A DNA stretch of 63,987 bases, filler included, from Atractiella rhizophila (GCA_021432655.1; 6 parts of 4 records of this genome joined end to end with filler, not necessarily neighbours in it), one strand, 5' to 3'. Positions 48,299-60,200 are shown, counted from the first letter of the whole stretch. A program made the numbers and translations. The notes: a model not told the origin generated them from the sequence alone.

Positions 48299-51200
48299 TC
48301 AAATTATATGCTCTTCTAAAAAATCGAGTTAACAGAACTAACCTGAAGACAGAACGGAAGAATGACATACCATCCTCAACAGCCTCATCCTCCTCGACCT
48401 CGATATCAGGCACTCTCACATACTCATGGACCTCATCCCTCGCATTCAAATCGACATTCCGCATACCGAGGATACCAATGAAAGCGCCAATAAGAGCGAG
48501 TATCGCCACTCCATTCAAAACACGTTGGACATCGGTATAAGCCTCATTGATCCCTACCCGGATTGGGTCTTCCGGAGGAAAGGAGAGAGCGACCGAGAGA
48601 GAAGAAACAATGTCTGGAATGAGGTATTGCGATGCAGGTGGCAGATGCACCCTTAGTCGAGAAGGCAACAGGGTGGTCCATAAGGCTCCGGAGATGGCAC
48701 TGCCTAAGGCACCTCCGATTTGAGTGATGGTGAGGAAGAGCGCAGTGGCACATGCGATGTCTAGAATGGGATCAGCTTGGGCAAGTTGTTGCTGTTAGGC
48801 ATGTGACGAACCTTGACTTCCGACGACGCTCTGCACTCCAACCTGTCCAGCGACGGTGGTGAATCCTGCCCTCCTTTGAGCATTTGTGAATGGACAAAGC
48901 AATGTGGTGGCACACCTCCACCTATTCCCCCTACTACCTGGCTCAAAACCAGCTCCCACGTCGGATTATCCAGTCGACGAAACCGAACCATCATCAGCTC
49001 CCCACTAATACCTCATCAGCGAACGACCTCGATGAGGAAGTTGAGGGAGAGTTAACATGGTATGAATGATGACCCCAATAAGTCCCCAAATTTTGTAACG
49101 CCCGGATATCTTCGTCAGAATGCCAATGAATACCGATGAGACCGATGCGGTGAAGATGTAGGTCTGGCTTAAGGGCTGTGAGCGCTTTCTCGCCTTTCAC
49201 AAGAAGGCAGAAAGTAAACCTGATATATTGAGCATCTCGAGCCGAATGTCCTGCGAACAAAAAGCAAAAACATAGTCAGAAGAAGAGAGGGAGAGACAAA
49301 CCTCGAGCAACTTGGAGAAAACTCGTAAAGTAGGTTTCATAGATGAATTGACTAGCAAAGTGCCAGAAACCAAGACAACATCCAGCAACAATGGTCGTGT
49401 TCTTCGCAAGACGAGGTGGTAGAATCGGATATTTGGATCTTTGCTCGACTCGTGCGAAGAGAGCGAGTGTCAAGAAGCCGAAAAAGAGAAATAGGTAAAG
49501 GCGATCTTCGTCCGAGATAAGCACCTCTCGTACACTGAGCGTAAATACTCACAGTCACCCCAACCTTTCTTCCACTCTGCTCCAACGCTGAGGGGAAATA
49601 GGATAAAGGAGCATCCCAAAGTCAGGAGGAGCATTCCAAAACCATCAAGCTCTCTCCAAACATTCTTGAGCGCGACGCGCAAGCCTCCTTCAGCTCCGAA
49701 GGCATCTCCTAGATGGGTAGGAATGCCTGCTAATTTCTCCACCGATTCTTCATCGCTTTCGACATCGTCCTCTTCCTGCAAAGATCGCAGGAACCGTGCA
49801 ACTCTGTTCCACTCCCAGAAAAGCCGAAAGGAGAGATATAATGCTGAGAGTGGGACGAGGACGGCAAAGATAAGATAGGCTATGCGATATAGAGTTTCGC
49901 CTCCGAGAAGGAAGAAGTTACCGATTGGAGGGCCTGTTGTTGATCTCAGCCCAGGACCACGAACCAAGAGTACGCTTGTGACTTACCAATCCAGGTTGTA
50001 AAGAGCCATGGTAGAGATATTGTCGAGATGATGAATGCGCGAGAAGTCAAACTTGAGGTGTCTACAGACGAGTGAACTTAAAGAGTACGAGACGATTGAT
50101 TGCCTACCAGCCACAACAACTTGTTGGCTCAGTTGAAGCCCTTGACTTCCCAAAGCCGCCACAATTTTGCCGACCTTTCTTTCACGTCAGAAGAAGAACG
50201 AAATCATGGCGGCACCAACGCACCCCAAACATCTGTATCGAACCAGCAAAAGCTATGAGAACGTAACCTGACCACAAGCGCATCAGGTTTGATCGCTCCT
50301 CGCTAAAGGAGAGGAACTACCGATGCCATATGTCACTCCGGATAGTGCAATACCCTCTGCACGTCCAAATACGTCTAACACTTTCGCCAAGGGTGGTTTT
50401 CCCACGGCAAGAGCAATCTGTGATTTACGTGTCACCACAACGAGGGACTTCAAGATATTAGTTGCTTACGTTAATCGCCACATATACACTACTGAGGAAG
50501 CCGTGTGCTTTGAATAAGGATAGGAAGTACGGCTCAATTGTAGGTGTCACATTCGCTTCCTAAAGACACATTATTTTCGATAGAGGTGTAGAGGTTACCG
50601 CCTACTAGCGAAGTTGAAATCGAGAGGATGTAGACACTAGGGTTGATGTCAGTCAGCTAAACAGAGTGTCAAGTTCATTGTAGTATGCATCATAATTTCA
50701 GTCTCTGCGATTCAGAGGTGAATAATTGCTAAGCTTAAACTTTCCAGCTGTGCTCCTCCTATTGTGACAAACGAACACATGCAAGCATGTATCATGCTTG
50801 TCTTTAGGGTGGTCTATCTCTATGTCTCTGCTCCAAGCCCACGCCTCATTTTGTGGAAAACTTCTGTTGACAGATAGCACAGACATTCGTGTGCGTCGTT
50901 GCCATCTCACTCGACAAATAAACAAAATAAGGGACGAGACGCAAACGAGACCACCCAAATCCTATTCCATCCCACCTAGAGGAGCAATTCTTCAACTACT
51001 CCTCTGGTTACTGCTCGCGGTTTCCAATTAAAGACAATTCAAGTTTGTGAGTCACTGTCGGCTGTGTCAATGGAGAATGCAGACAAGATCTCGGACGACG
51101 CCAGTGGCGTAAAGATGGCAACAGTATTCACTTCAAATATGTTCTAGGCTATTCTGGGTGAGTGGGCAAGCTTGGGCCTTGGAATACGACGAATGTGGTG

Positions 51201-51742
51201 GGACGGTCTAAGGACGTCTGCACAGGGCTATGACCGTCCGTCTGAGACATGTTGGCCAATGTCCATACGCGAAATCGGCGCGGATGAAATACACATGACA
51301 GATGACAGGGAGAACGATGGAATAGGAGAGTCCAATGCAGTAAAGTCATGCTTGAACCCATTTGTCATGGCAGGGCATGGGCTAGCAGAGAAGTCGAAAA
51401 CGGCTATCAATATCAAAGGTTAAGAACCGCCACAACTCTCTAAGCGAGTTGTGTAAACTAATCCACACCCGTACCCTCCTACTTCACCGATCTCTACTCT
51501 AAAGAGAGCACGTACCCAACATAAATCCATCTCTTCCATCGGCCTCCCCCTCCCTCCCTCTCTTCGTTTACCCTCTTGATCAGCTCTACCTTTGCAACAC
51601 CATACGGGATCTTGTCTCCCTCCCCTTCCCCTGCACCCTCAACATCACTAAGCCCACTCCGAACACTGCTCTCGGAACTACTCGAAACCGAAGCCATCCG
51701 GAAATAATCTATATTTCTCTTCGATTTGCTTCGACGGGGCAT
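48299..51742 (-). CDS. MFS transporter of the siderophore-iron transporter (SIT/ARN/Mir) family
   Basis: PYGVAKVE; SLEANVTPTIEPY; GKPPLAKVLDVFGRAEG; WRELDGFGMLL; YETYFTSFLQV; QIGGALGSAISGALW; INEAY. Confidence 0.85.
50760..51455 (-). ncRNA. Candidate large structured intronic RNA (H/ACA-like 3' end, pseudoknots) in SIT intron 1
   Basis: At least 9 helices read by eye, several containing G-U pairs that work only on the minus strand; see findings. Confidence 0.5.
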
Positions 51743-51833
51743 AAACTGTCGAGCAGCTGGGCTGATATTTGAGTGATGTGAGAATAAGGACGGGAAAAGC
51801 TTGGGAAGGGAGCTGATGGGTTGGCTGCACGAG

Positions 51834-51842
51834 TTATCTGAT
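51834..51842 (-). promoter_or_regulatory. ATCWGATAA iron-responsive GATA (SreA/Fep1/Urbs1-type) site
   Basis: ATCAGATAA on the minus strand, ~90 bp upstream of the siderophore transporter ATG. Confidence 0.65.
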
Positions 51843-51928
51843 TTGCAACGCCGTTCAGTCCGCCTCACCATCCTCCATGATCATTGTAGGTTCATAACAC
51901 AATGCTGACATCACCACATAACATACCT

Positions 51929-52007
51929 TCTTCGATAGTATAGTGGTGAGTATACCCGCTTGTCAAACAACTCGCGGGTGACCGGGGTTCAATTCCCCGT
52001 CGGAGAG
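51929..52007 (+). tRNA. tRNA-Asp(GTC) with 7-nt intron
   Basis: Acceptor stem TCTTCGA/TCGGAGA; anticodon GTC at 51962-51964; intron AACAACT; GGTTCAATTCC T-arm; downstream T-run. Confidence 0.95.
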
Positions 52008-52709
52008 TCTTTTGCATGTTTTTATTGTTCCACTTTGACGCAGATGGATAGTCTGTCAGTGTCCCCAATATGTCACTTCATCGAAAAGCAAAATTAGCAT
52101 ATACTGCAGACGTGGTTTCACCGAATATGTTGGATGTGCTAGCTGTGGACGGGGATGAGGATAGGTTTTAGAGTACGGCAGTTGCACATTCGATGTAGTG
52201 GATGATGATAGGGCTGTAAATACAAGCAAGCAGACAGGAGAAAGTACCCCTCTGAGGAGAATGATAGAATTTATATACATGAGCGAAAAGGCAAGAAGCA
52301 GCATATTCGTAAAAGTAAGGCGAGCGAACCAAGGGTGTAGCAATACAATATCAGAAAGTAAAACAAGAGACCAGAAAGACCACAGAGAGATCTGTGGGAA
52401 AAGTGCTGTTCGACGTCAACGACGACGTTGGTGGTTGCGAGCAGCTGGACGGAAGGAGGGATCTTTTCGTGACCTCCTTTTGTAGCTGTGCAAGGGTCCC
52501 ACGTCTTGTTAACAGTGCACCCAGCACTTTCAACAAAACGACATATGCAAAAGGAACCACGGTTTGTCAGAATGCTCACCGTCGAGCTCCTGATTGCATT
52601 TCCTACTCTGACCATCAGCTATGACTGGGGACTCTGGTTACCTAGCGGGGTAGGTAAGAGGGAGCGGCGACTCAATCCATGCATCGAACTCATTGAAAGT
52701 GTAAAAAAT

Positions 52710-52788
52710 CTCTCCGACGGGGAATTGAACCCCGGTCACCCGCGAGTTGCCTGACAAGCGGGTATACTAACCACTATACTATCGAAGA
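52710..52788 (-). tRNA. tRNA-Asp(GTC) with 7-nt intron
   Basis: Near-identical inverted copy; intron GGCAACT; T6 terminator at 52703-52708. Confidence 0.95.
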
Positions 52789-53228
52789 CGGTTGATACTA
52801 TGTGCCTGTAATGTTACATCTTCACACTCCGGAGCTCTCGGCGCAATGTGCATTCTTTTAATCTGTCAGAACGTCATTTCGTGCAATCGTGCTAAGAGCA
52901 AGCGCACTCCTATGGCATGTGATGGTGTGCCTTCAGATAATAACTCATTTTGTGCTAAAGAAACGCTCATGATAGTCTTTGAGAACTGCTCAAGCAGGTT
53001 ATCTGTGTCTTTAACCTCCCAAAATAGAATGATAGAGACCTAGTTCTAATTGTATTCATGTGATACTTTATACGATATTTGCCTGAGATGGTGGCGCTTT
53101 GGTCCCACTGAGATGTAGCTTTGTCAGAAGTTTATTGTTCCAGAACCACACTGTAACTAGTAGTGTTTGTTGATTTTGAGCGTGCTAGTTGTTGTTGTTG
53201 TCGACGGCTGCAAAAGTCTTCCAAGCAA

Positions 53229-53799
53229 ATGTCTGCCGAAGCTTCTTCCTCCGTACGCGTAGCCAAAGATCTTACGGCCGGGACAGTGGGAGGAATCGCA
53301 CAGGTATTGGTTGGGCAACCAGTTTGTGTTTTTTGGCTTCATCTTACTAGCAATGACTCTCGCAACTCTTAGTTCGATATCGTCAAAGTATTTTCTCTCC
53401 AGCTCAAAAGATACGTTTTCAAGACAAGTAGGTTCGCCTGCAATCCTCTAATGCTTATAGCTCGGCGCTTCAATGCACAACATCGATTTTAAAGAATGAG
53501 GGCCCTTTAGCATTTTACAAAGGTCGGTCCTTTTGTTGCTCCTCAACAAAGATCCGCAATTTTTTGCTCTCCCGAGCTCATAGTAATGAGAATGGGAGAT
53601 TGCAGAGGCAAACCCAATACTGCTGTGCGATTAAACCGGCAGTTAACACACTTTTCAGGGTCATGAGCAGGGAATACCGCTTGAGAAATAAATTCCCGTG
53701 CCCTAGGCTAACTTCATGCTTCTAGGAACGGCAATGCCTCTAGTCGGGATCGGAGCTTGCGTCTCCCTTCAATTTGGATGCCTAGAGGCACTCAAGAGG
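53229..53799 (+). CDS. Mitochondrial carrier (YMC1/carnitine-carrier-like), 5' part cut by the gap
   Basis: KDLTAGTVGGIAQVLVGQP|FDIVK|VRLQ (Px[DE]xxK signature); EGPLAFYK|GTAMPLVGIGACVSLQF. Confidence 0.92.
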
Positions 53800-53899
53800 N
53801 NNNNNNNNNNNNNNNNNNNNNNNNNNNNNNNNNNNNNNNNNNNTTAATTAATTAANNNNNNNNNNNNNNNNNNNNNNNNNNNNNNNNNNNNNNNNNNNN
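53800..53899. other. Artificial contig spacer
   Basis: 44 N + TTAATTAATTAA + 44 N. Confidence 0.99.
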
Positions 53900-54031
53900 G
53901 GTCAATACGTAATGTGTGACAAAGCCACTGTTTTCGACATCCAGTTATCAAGCTGCAAGTTTGGCAGAGTCGGAAGAAACAAGTCGACGCATTCAGACTC
54001 CGACGACCGTGGGAAAGATCTCAGCAAACCA

Positions 54032-55974
54032 ATGGACTCGAGATTCAGGCACGCTTCGTCAGACCCAAGGTTCAAGAAACCCAGCAAAAGAAAAACCAAA
54101 TTTTCTGTCGATGCACGGTTTCTTCCTCTCTTCGACCACCAGAGCGACCGAGCGAAGGTTGACAAGCGAGGGAAAGTTCTCAAGAACAACCAATCTAAAG
54201 AGTTGGACCAATATTACAATTTGGGCGATGACAAGAAAAATGATTACGCGCGCGGTGAAGCCTTGCTCGAATCCAGTGGTGATGAAACCAATAGTGACGA
54301 AGAGTCTGCGCATGAAGCTGCGACCTCTACAAGCGAAAGTGATGATGTCGGGCTAGGAGAGCAAGATTCTGACGAGCTTGACGTGGATCTGGATGAAGTT
54401 GAGCCGTCTGCTTCCAAAGTTGAAGTGGAAGAGGCAGCTCCGCTGAGCGAGCAGATTTCACACAGGCTTGCGCTGGTCAACCTTGATTGGGATCATCTCA
54501 GCTCTGTTGATATTCATGCACTCTGCTCTTCTCTTCTCTCTCCCACAGCTACGAGAATGCCTCCGTTGAAGCAAATGACAATCAGCAAGCTTGGAAAAGC
54601 AGAGAAAAACAGAATAGCAAGAGGGAAGGTGGAGAAAGTGGCTATTTACGTCAGCAAGTTTGGAAAGGAGCGAATGAAGCAAGAGGAGTGCCAGGGCCCT
54701 GTGATAAAGGAGACTTTGGGAAAGGTTCGCGACTCGGAAGACATGGACATCCTGCGGGCATACCAACTTGAAAGATTGCGGTTCGTGCAACCCGGCTTCC
54801 TACAGGTGTTACGCAGTTTGATACAGTACCACAGTTTCTTCTATGCCGTCGTGACATGTGACAACGCTCGATCTGCACAACATCTCTATACGGAACTCGA
54901 TGGCACCGAGATTGAACGCAGTGCTAATGTTGTGGACATGCGGTGGGGTTCTTCCGTACATCAACACAGTGAGACTGACGGATCTCAGTGCAGCTATATT
55001 CCAGACGACATGACCTTTGACGACGTTGACGTTCGAGATGCTATCACATCCCAGGACTTTGACCTCGCTTCCTATGAGCCCATTGATTTTGTGACGGACT
55101 CTTTGCGGCACTCAAAGGTCAAGCTGACCTGGGATGATGATGATCCTGAACGAAAGAAGAAGCTTGCGAAGCTTGCTGGGGCTGGTCTGGGGGGTAAGAA
55201 GCTCACCAAAACAGAGATGGAAACATTGGATGTTCAGCAATATATTGCACCCAACTCTTCAGAAGAGGAGGATACCTCAGATGAGGTTTTAAAGCATACA
55301 AGGCGGATGGAGCTGAGAAAGTTATTGGGAGTCGGCGATGAAACGCAGGGATATCAGCACATGGGAGAAGAAAATGACGCTGTGCACATGGAGGTCACTT
55401 TTGCGCCAGCGCTTTCCGGTGAAGTCGCTGGAGAAAAGGAGGAGACTTCGCTAGAAACGTATAGGCGCAAAGAGATGGAGCGAAAGCAGCTGAAACGAGT
55501 AAAACGACAGAGAGAGCATGTGGAAGGCCGGGATGATGGATTTTTTGAGTCAGGAGAGGAGGTGGTAGGGGAGAAAGGAGGCAGTGACGATTCAGATTCG
55601 AAACATTTCGACATGAAGCATGTTATCAGGGCAGAAAAAGGGAAAATGCTCAAGTCGCGTGCGAAAAAACGTAGGAAGTTGAGAGATGTCAAGGAGGACA
55701 GCTTCAGAATCAATGTAGACGATTCGCGTTTTGCGAGTCTACATAGTGATTACAACTTTGCTATAGATCCCAGCAACCCTCTGTCCGTCCTCTCGACTTA
55801 CGGACTGATAATTGGCTGATCTAGTCCTAGATACCAAAAATCAAAAAATATGGAGCGCCTTTTGGAAGAGAGGGGCGGAGAAGACGAAGCACCATCCGTG
55901 ACGCCGAAACTCGAAAACAAAGGCCACAAAGCGAACTAGAAGACCTGGTACTTAAGGCAAAACAAAGAGGTTAA
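54032..55974 (+). CDS. ESF1: Pre-rRNA processing protein Esf1 (apparent frameshift in the last exon)
   Basis: DSRF...DPRF; VDKRG; RLALVNLDWDH; LRAYQLERLR; SKVKLTWDDDDPER; NUC153-like DSRFASL...FAIDPSNP. Confidence 0.93.
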
Positions 55975-57010
55975 CTCCCTGTGTTTTTAAGCCCGTCAAT
56001 TAAGCATCCAAATGCGTTTAAAGTTTATTTGTTGCTGCTTTAGCAACCATTTGTCATTCTTCGCAATTATTGGTCACAGCTCGTTATTATTACATGCACA
56101 GAGTGAAGTAACATTGAGAAATACAACTCAATACAAGAAAGCAGCAACTGATGCTGTAAGCAACAACTAACAATTCATCCCTTCTATGATCTATACCAGA
56201 CAGCAGAGCTGTTGACTGTCAGATTCATAACCATGTTTAACATCTATAAAATAACTGAGCCTATAAACAGGGCTTGTTATGAAATGAATCCCTCTTAGCA
56301 CCCTGACCGGTATAAGGAGATGGCATGTTCTCGTTTATCAGTTACTTTCTGAGCATGGTCTCAGCTACAGATCTATATGTTTCTTCCTTGTTCGTATACA
56401 TTTCACAGAACCAGCCCCACAGCTGTTCTGGAAATATCTTGCTTGTTTGTGATGTTTCTATATGAGGGTGAGTCTATCTCAGTAACTGCCTCCAAGGCTC
56501 TACTTCCTTCCCATTTCTTGACCAGATTTGATGGCGTTACCTGTTAAGGGAACAAAAATAGTCCAAGGTTTTTGTCCAGTACCATAGGGATACTTGAGGC
56601 CAATTTGGCCAATAAATCTGTTTATTCTGCTACAAAATATATAGTGATTCAGTTGTACACTCAAATGATTCTGCAAGCTAAATTTTGCTGTTCATCAAAT
56701 GTTTATTATTAAATGTAACACACAATACCAACGGTTCTACAACACGAACATGTGTCTATGCAAGATGTATTATATCAAAACAGACTAAAGGCATAAGTAC
56801 AACACTATGCTAAAATCAACAATGTGTGGATGTAAAAGTAAAGAGAGTATAGAAGGTTTGCTTCAGTAAAATAAACACAGTAAGCAAGTGGGCAAATTAT
56901 TGTCAAGGTATTGCCAGGTTTGCATTCTATGTGAATTGGCAGCTGGTCATTCATGTACTGATGGGCACCTGGCTTCCTATTTATACTCACACTGTCCATT
57001 CATTTTCCTG

Positions 57011-57100
57011 TTGCCACTTGGCATCTCCTGTTCCCTATTTACGTCTCCCATTGCCACTTGGCATCTCCTGTTCCCTATTTACGTCTCCCATTGCCACTTG
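57011..57100. repeat. 40-bp tandem repeat, 2.25 copies
   Basis: TTGCCACTTGGCATCTCCTGTTCCCTATTTACGTCTCCCA x2 + TTGCCACTTG. Confidence 0.95.
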
Positions 57101-57224
57101 ATGTGATTTGTGTTTACTCTCCTCTTATCAACATTGTGTAATCCAAGTGTTGCTTTCACATTATGGTTCGCATACATGTTTCCTTAAATACTTTGTGGCC
57201 CTCTTGTTTATACCTTAGAGGGTA

Positions 57225-60200
57225 GTGGATGTGGTCTAATCCTTACTCCAAGCAAAAATTCTGTGGCTCCAAGTCCCTCAGCTTACATCTCTTTCCTAAC
57301 CCCTTCTTAGAGTCCTCCACATATGGATGGCTATCGAAGTTGAATCATAGCACCTCCGCTAACTCCCTTGCTTTATTATATACCGGTCAGAGGCTTTAAG
57401 GAATGGCAATTGACAATTCGGCTCTGTATGATTGCCAGCATCTATCAAATTGCACAGCTGCACTTTTATGAGTGGATACAATACACAAGTGATGACTCAT
57501 AAGAGTCATAAGAGGCAGATGACCAAAACAACACACTACAACCAACACTCCCACCTGGGCAGCTGTCTCTTCACCAAAGTCATACAATGTATACTCAATA
57601 TAAAACAGAAAGCATCTTAGTTTTGCAATGAAAAGAAGATGAAAAGTCTTCGTACCGCTTAAAGAGGCGTCTTATAACCGCACAGAGGGGGAAAGGATTT
57701 TTTTATTGCGCCCCATAACTGCCTCATACACTTGGGTAGGGGCGCAAACCCATCATAAGTCGAAACTTATCAACATCTCTTTCCTAACCCCTTCTTAGAG
57801 TCCTCCACATATGGATGGCTATTGAAGTTGAATCATAGCACCTCCGCTAACTCCCTTGCTTTATTATATACCGGTCAGAGGCTTTAAGGAATGGCAATTG
57901 ACAATTCGGCTCTGTATGATTGCCAGCATCTATCAAACTACACGACTGCACTTTTATGACTGGATACAATATACGAGTGATGACTCATAAGAGTCATAAG
58001 AGGCAGATGACCAAAACAACACACTACAACCAACACTCCCACCTGGGCAGCTGTCTCTTCACCAAAGTCATACAATGTATACTCAATATAAAGCAGAAAG
58101 CATCTTAGTTTTGCAATGAAAAGAAGATGAAAAGTCTTCGTACCGCACAGAGGGGGAAAGGATTTTTTTATTGCGCCCCATAACTGCCTCATACACTTGG
58201 GTAGGGGCGCAAACCCATCATAAGTCGAAACTTATCCACGCTAGCTACTGGAAGTGCCTTGGTGAGGAGGTCTGCTGGCATATTGACACCCGGACAGAAG
58301 ACTGGACTGATCTTGCCCATCTCAACAACATCTCTGAGCCAATAAAAGTGAAGGTCCAGGTGTTTTATTCGACCATGGTGCTCAGGGTTCTTGGATACCT
58401 GGAGAGCGCTGCTGCTGTCTGTAAAGAGGGGAGTAGGACCTTGAGGAGCGAAGCCAATTTCTTCTAGAAGATTCCTTGGCCAGACAACTGCTGGATTTAG
58501 CCAATTGCACTAAAATGACCAGTCATTCCCAACAGTGCAGATTAACCCTTTATACCCAAGGTTCAACAACAACTTCTTGGCCAGCTGACACTCCTGAGAC
58601 ATATTCTGCTTCGGTAGTAGAAAGGGCAACGAGGGATTGTAGTTTGCTGCTCCAACTGACTGCTCCGTTGCCTATCTTGAGGAGATAGCCTCCCGTTGAA
58701 CGTCCAGTATCCTTGCACCCAGCAAAATCTGCATTGCAGAAGGCGTGAAAAGGTTGCTTGAGGTTGAAACCAGCTGCAGAATACTCAATTCCTAAGTTCT
58801 GTGTGCATTTGAGGTATTGTAGAAGATACTTAGCTGCTTCTCAGTGCTTCTTTCCAGGATTAGAAAGGTACATTCCAAGTACAGAGACTGCGTGAGCGAT
58901 ATCTGGACAAGTGGAGATGGGCAAGTGTTGGATTAGGTGTTATATTTCTGTTATGTTTGTGTGGTCAGCCACCTCTGTTTTGTTTGCTTCACTTCAGAGC
59001 TTTAGCCCCCTAGGGGCAGTTTAGGCGGTCATCATCTTTGACCACCAATCTCTGTCCCCTAGCTCCATCCAGCATCAGATTCTCTCATGGTAGCGAGAGA
59101 GGTGGCTAGGGATTGACAGATCAGTTTTGCCACCTACTTGGTTGAAAATTTTGATCACTCAGCCATCCATTGTCCAATCGGTTTGAAACTTTGGGATCAT
59201 AAACGAGACCCCCTTACGCCTATATCCACCCATTTCTACGAAGATCGGATGATCCAAACTCGAATTTTATCACCATGGCCGAAGAAAGTAAAATTTTGAT
59301 TATCCCCCTTGGAGAGAAGAACTATGGCACCTGGTGTTAGTTGTAGTGTGTTGTTTTGGTCATCTGCCTCTTATGACTCATATGAGTCATCACTATGTAG
59401 TTTAGTTTTGCCTAGGAGTGTTGGTGCTCATTATTGACCACCAACTACTCCTAGGTATGTCTCTCTATACTTCATCAATGCCTCATTATTGACCACCAAC
59501 CACTTGTAGCCTTAGATCCTTACATGGTAGCGAGAGCTGGTGGCTAGGATTACATTTGGTCACACCTATCACCTTCCCCCTCCTCCAGACCACAATTTTC
59601 ACCCTCCTACACTCAAATTTCGCTCAATTTCGATGATCAGAACAGATTTGTGATCCTCAAACATTCCTTTACCACCTTAGAAGGTTTCTGCCTACTCAGG
59701 AATCAAGAAATATCGAAATCTATCACCTTACCACCCATCTCCTGCTTCAAAACGCACTTTGCTGCCCTGGGCTCAAACTTTAAAGCGTTGTTGGTCCCTT
59801 TGGAGTGAAGCCAATCTCTTGGAGAAGATTCCTAAGCCAAACCACCTCTTGTCCTACTGATACCCCTGAGATATACTCTGCCTCCATGGTTGAGAGCGCC
59901 ACCAGAGACTGCAACTTGCTGCTCCAACTAACTGCTCCTCCTCCAACAATTAAGAGGTATCCTCCAGTAGACCGGCCAGTATCCTTGCAACCCGCAAAGT
60001 CTGCATCACAATATGCCTTGAATGGTTGAGAGATATCGAAATCTGAGGCAGAGTACTCGATGCACATGTCCTGAGTGCCCTTGAGATAGCGCATGAGGTG
60101 TTTGGCAGCTTCCCAGTGCCTCTTGCCAGGATTGGACAGGAATTTTCCGAGGACAGAGACAGTGTGGGCGATGTCAGGGCGTGTGGCAACTGCAAGGTAC

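Noticed and set aside
50695..50715. GCAGAGACT on the minus strand, resembling a group I intron R element
   Set aside because: No matching S element (AGUC) downstream, and the intron has normal GT-AG and branch signals.
52056..52754. Short ORFs between the two tRNA genes
   Set aside because: Non-ATG starts and no recognisable motifs.
57011..57100. Direct repeats as a CRISPR-like array
   Set aside because: Head-to-tail repeats with no spacers, in a eukaryotic TE region.
57700..58245. Hairpins followed by CTAG, suggestive of a Helitron 3' end
   Set aside because: The sequence is the C-terminal coding end of copia pol on the minus strand.
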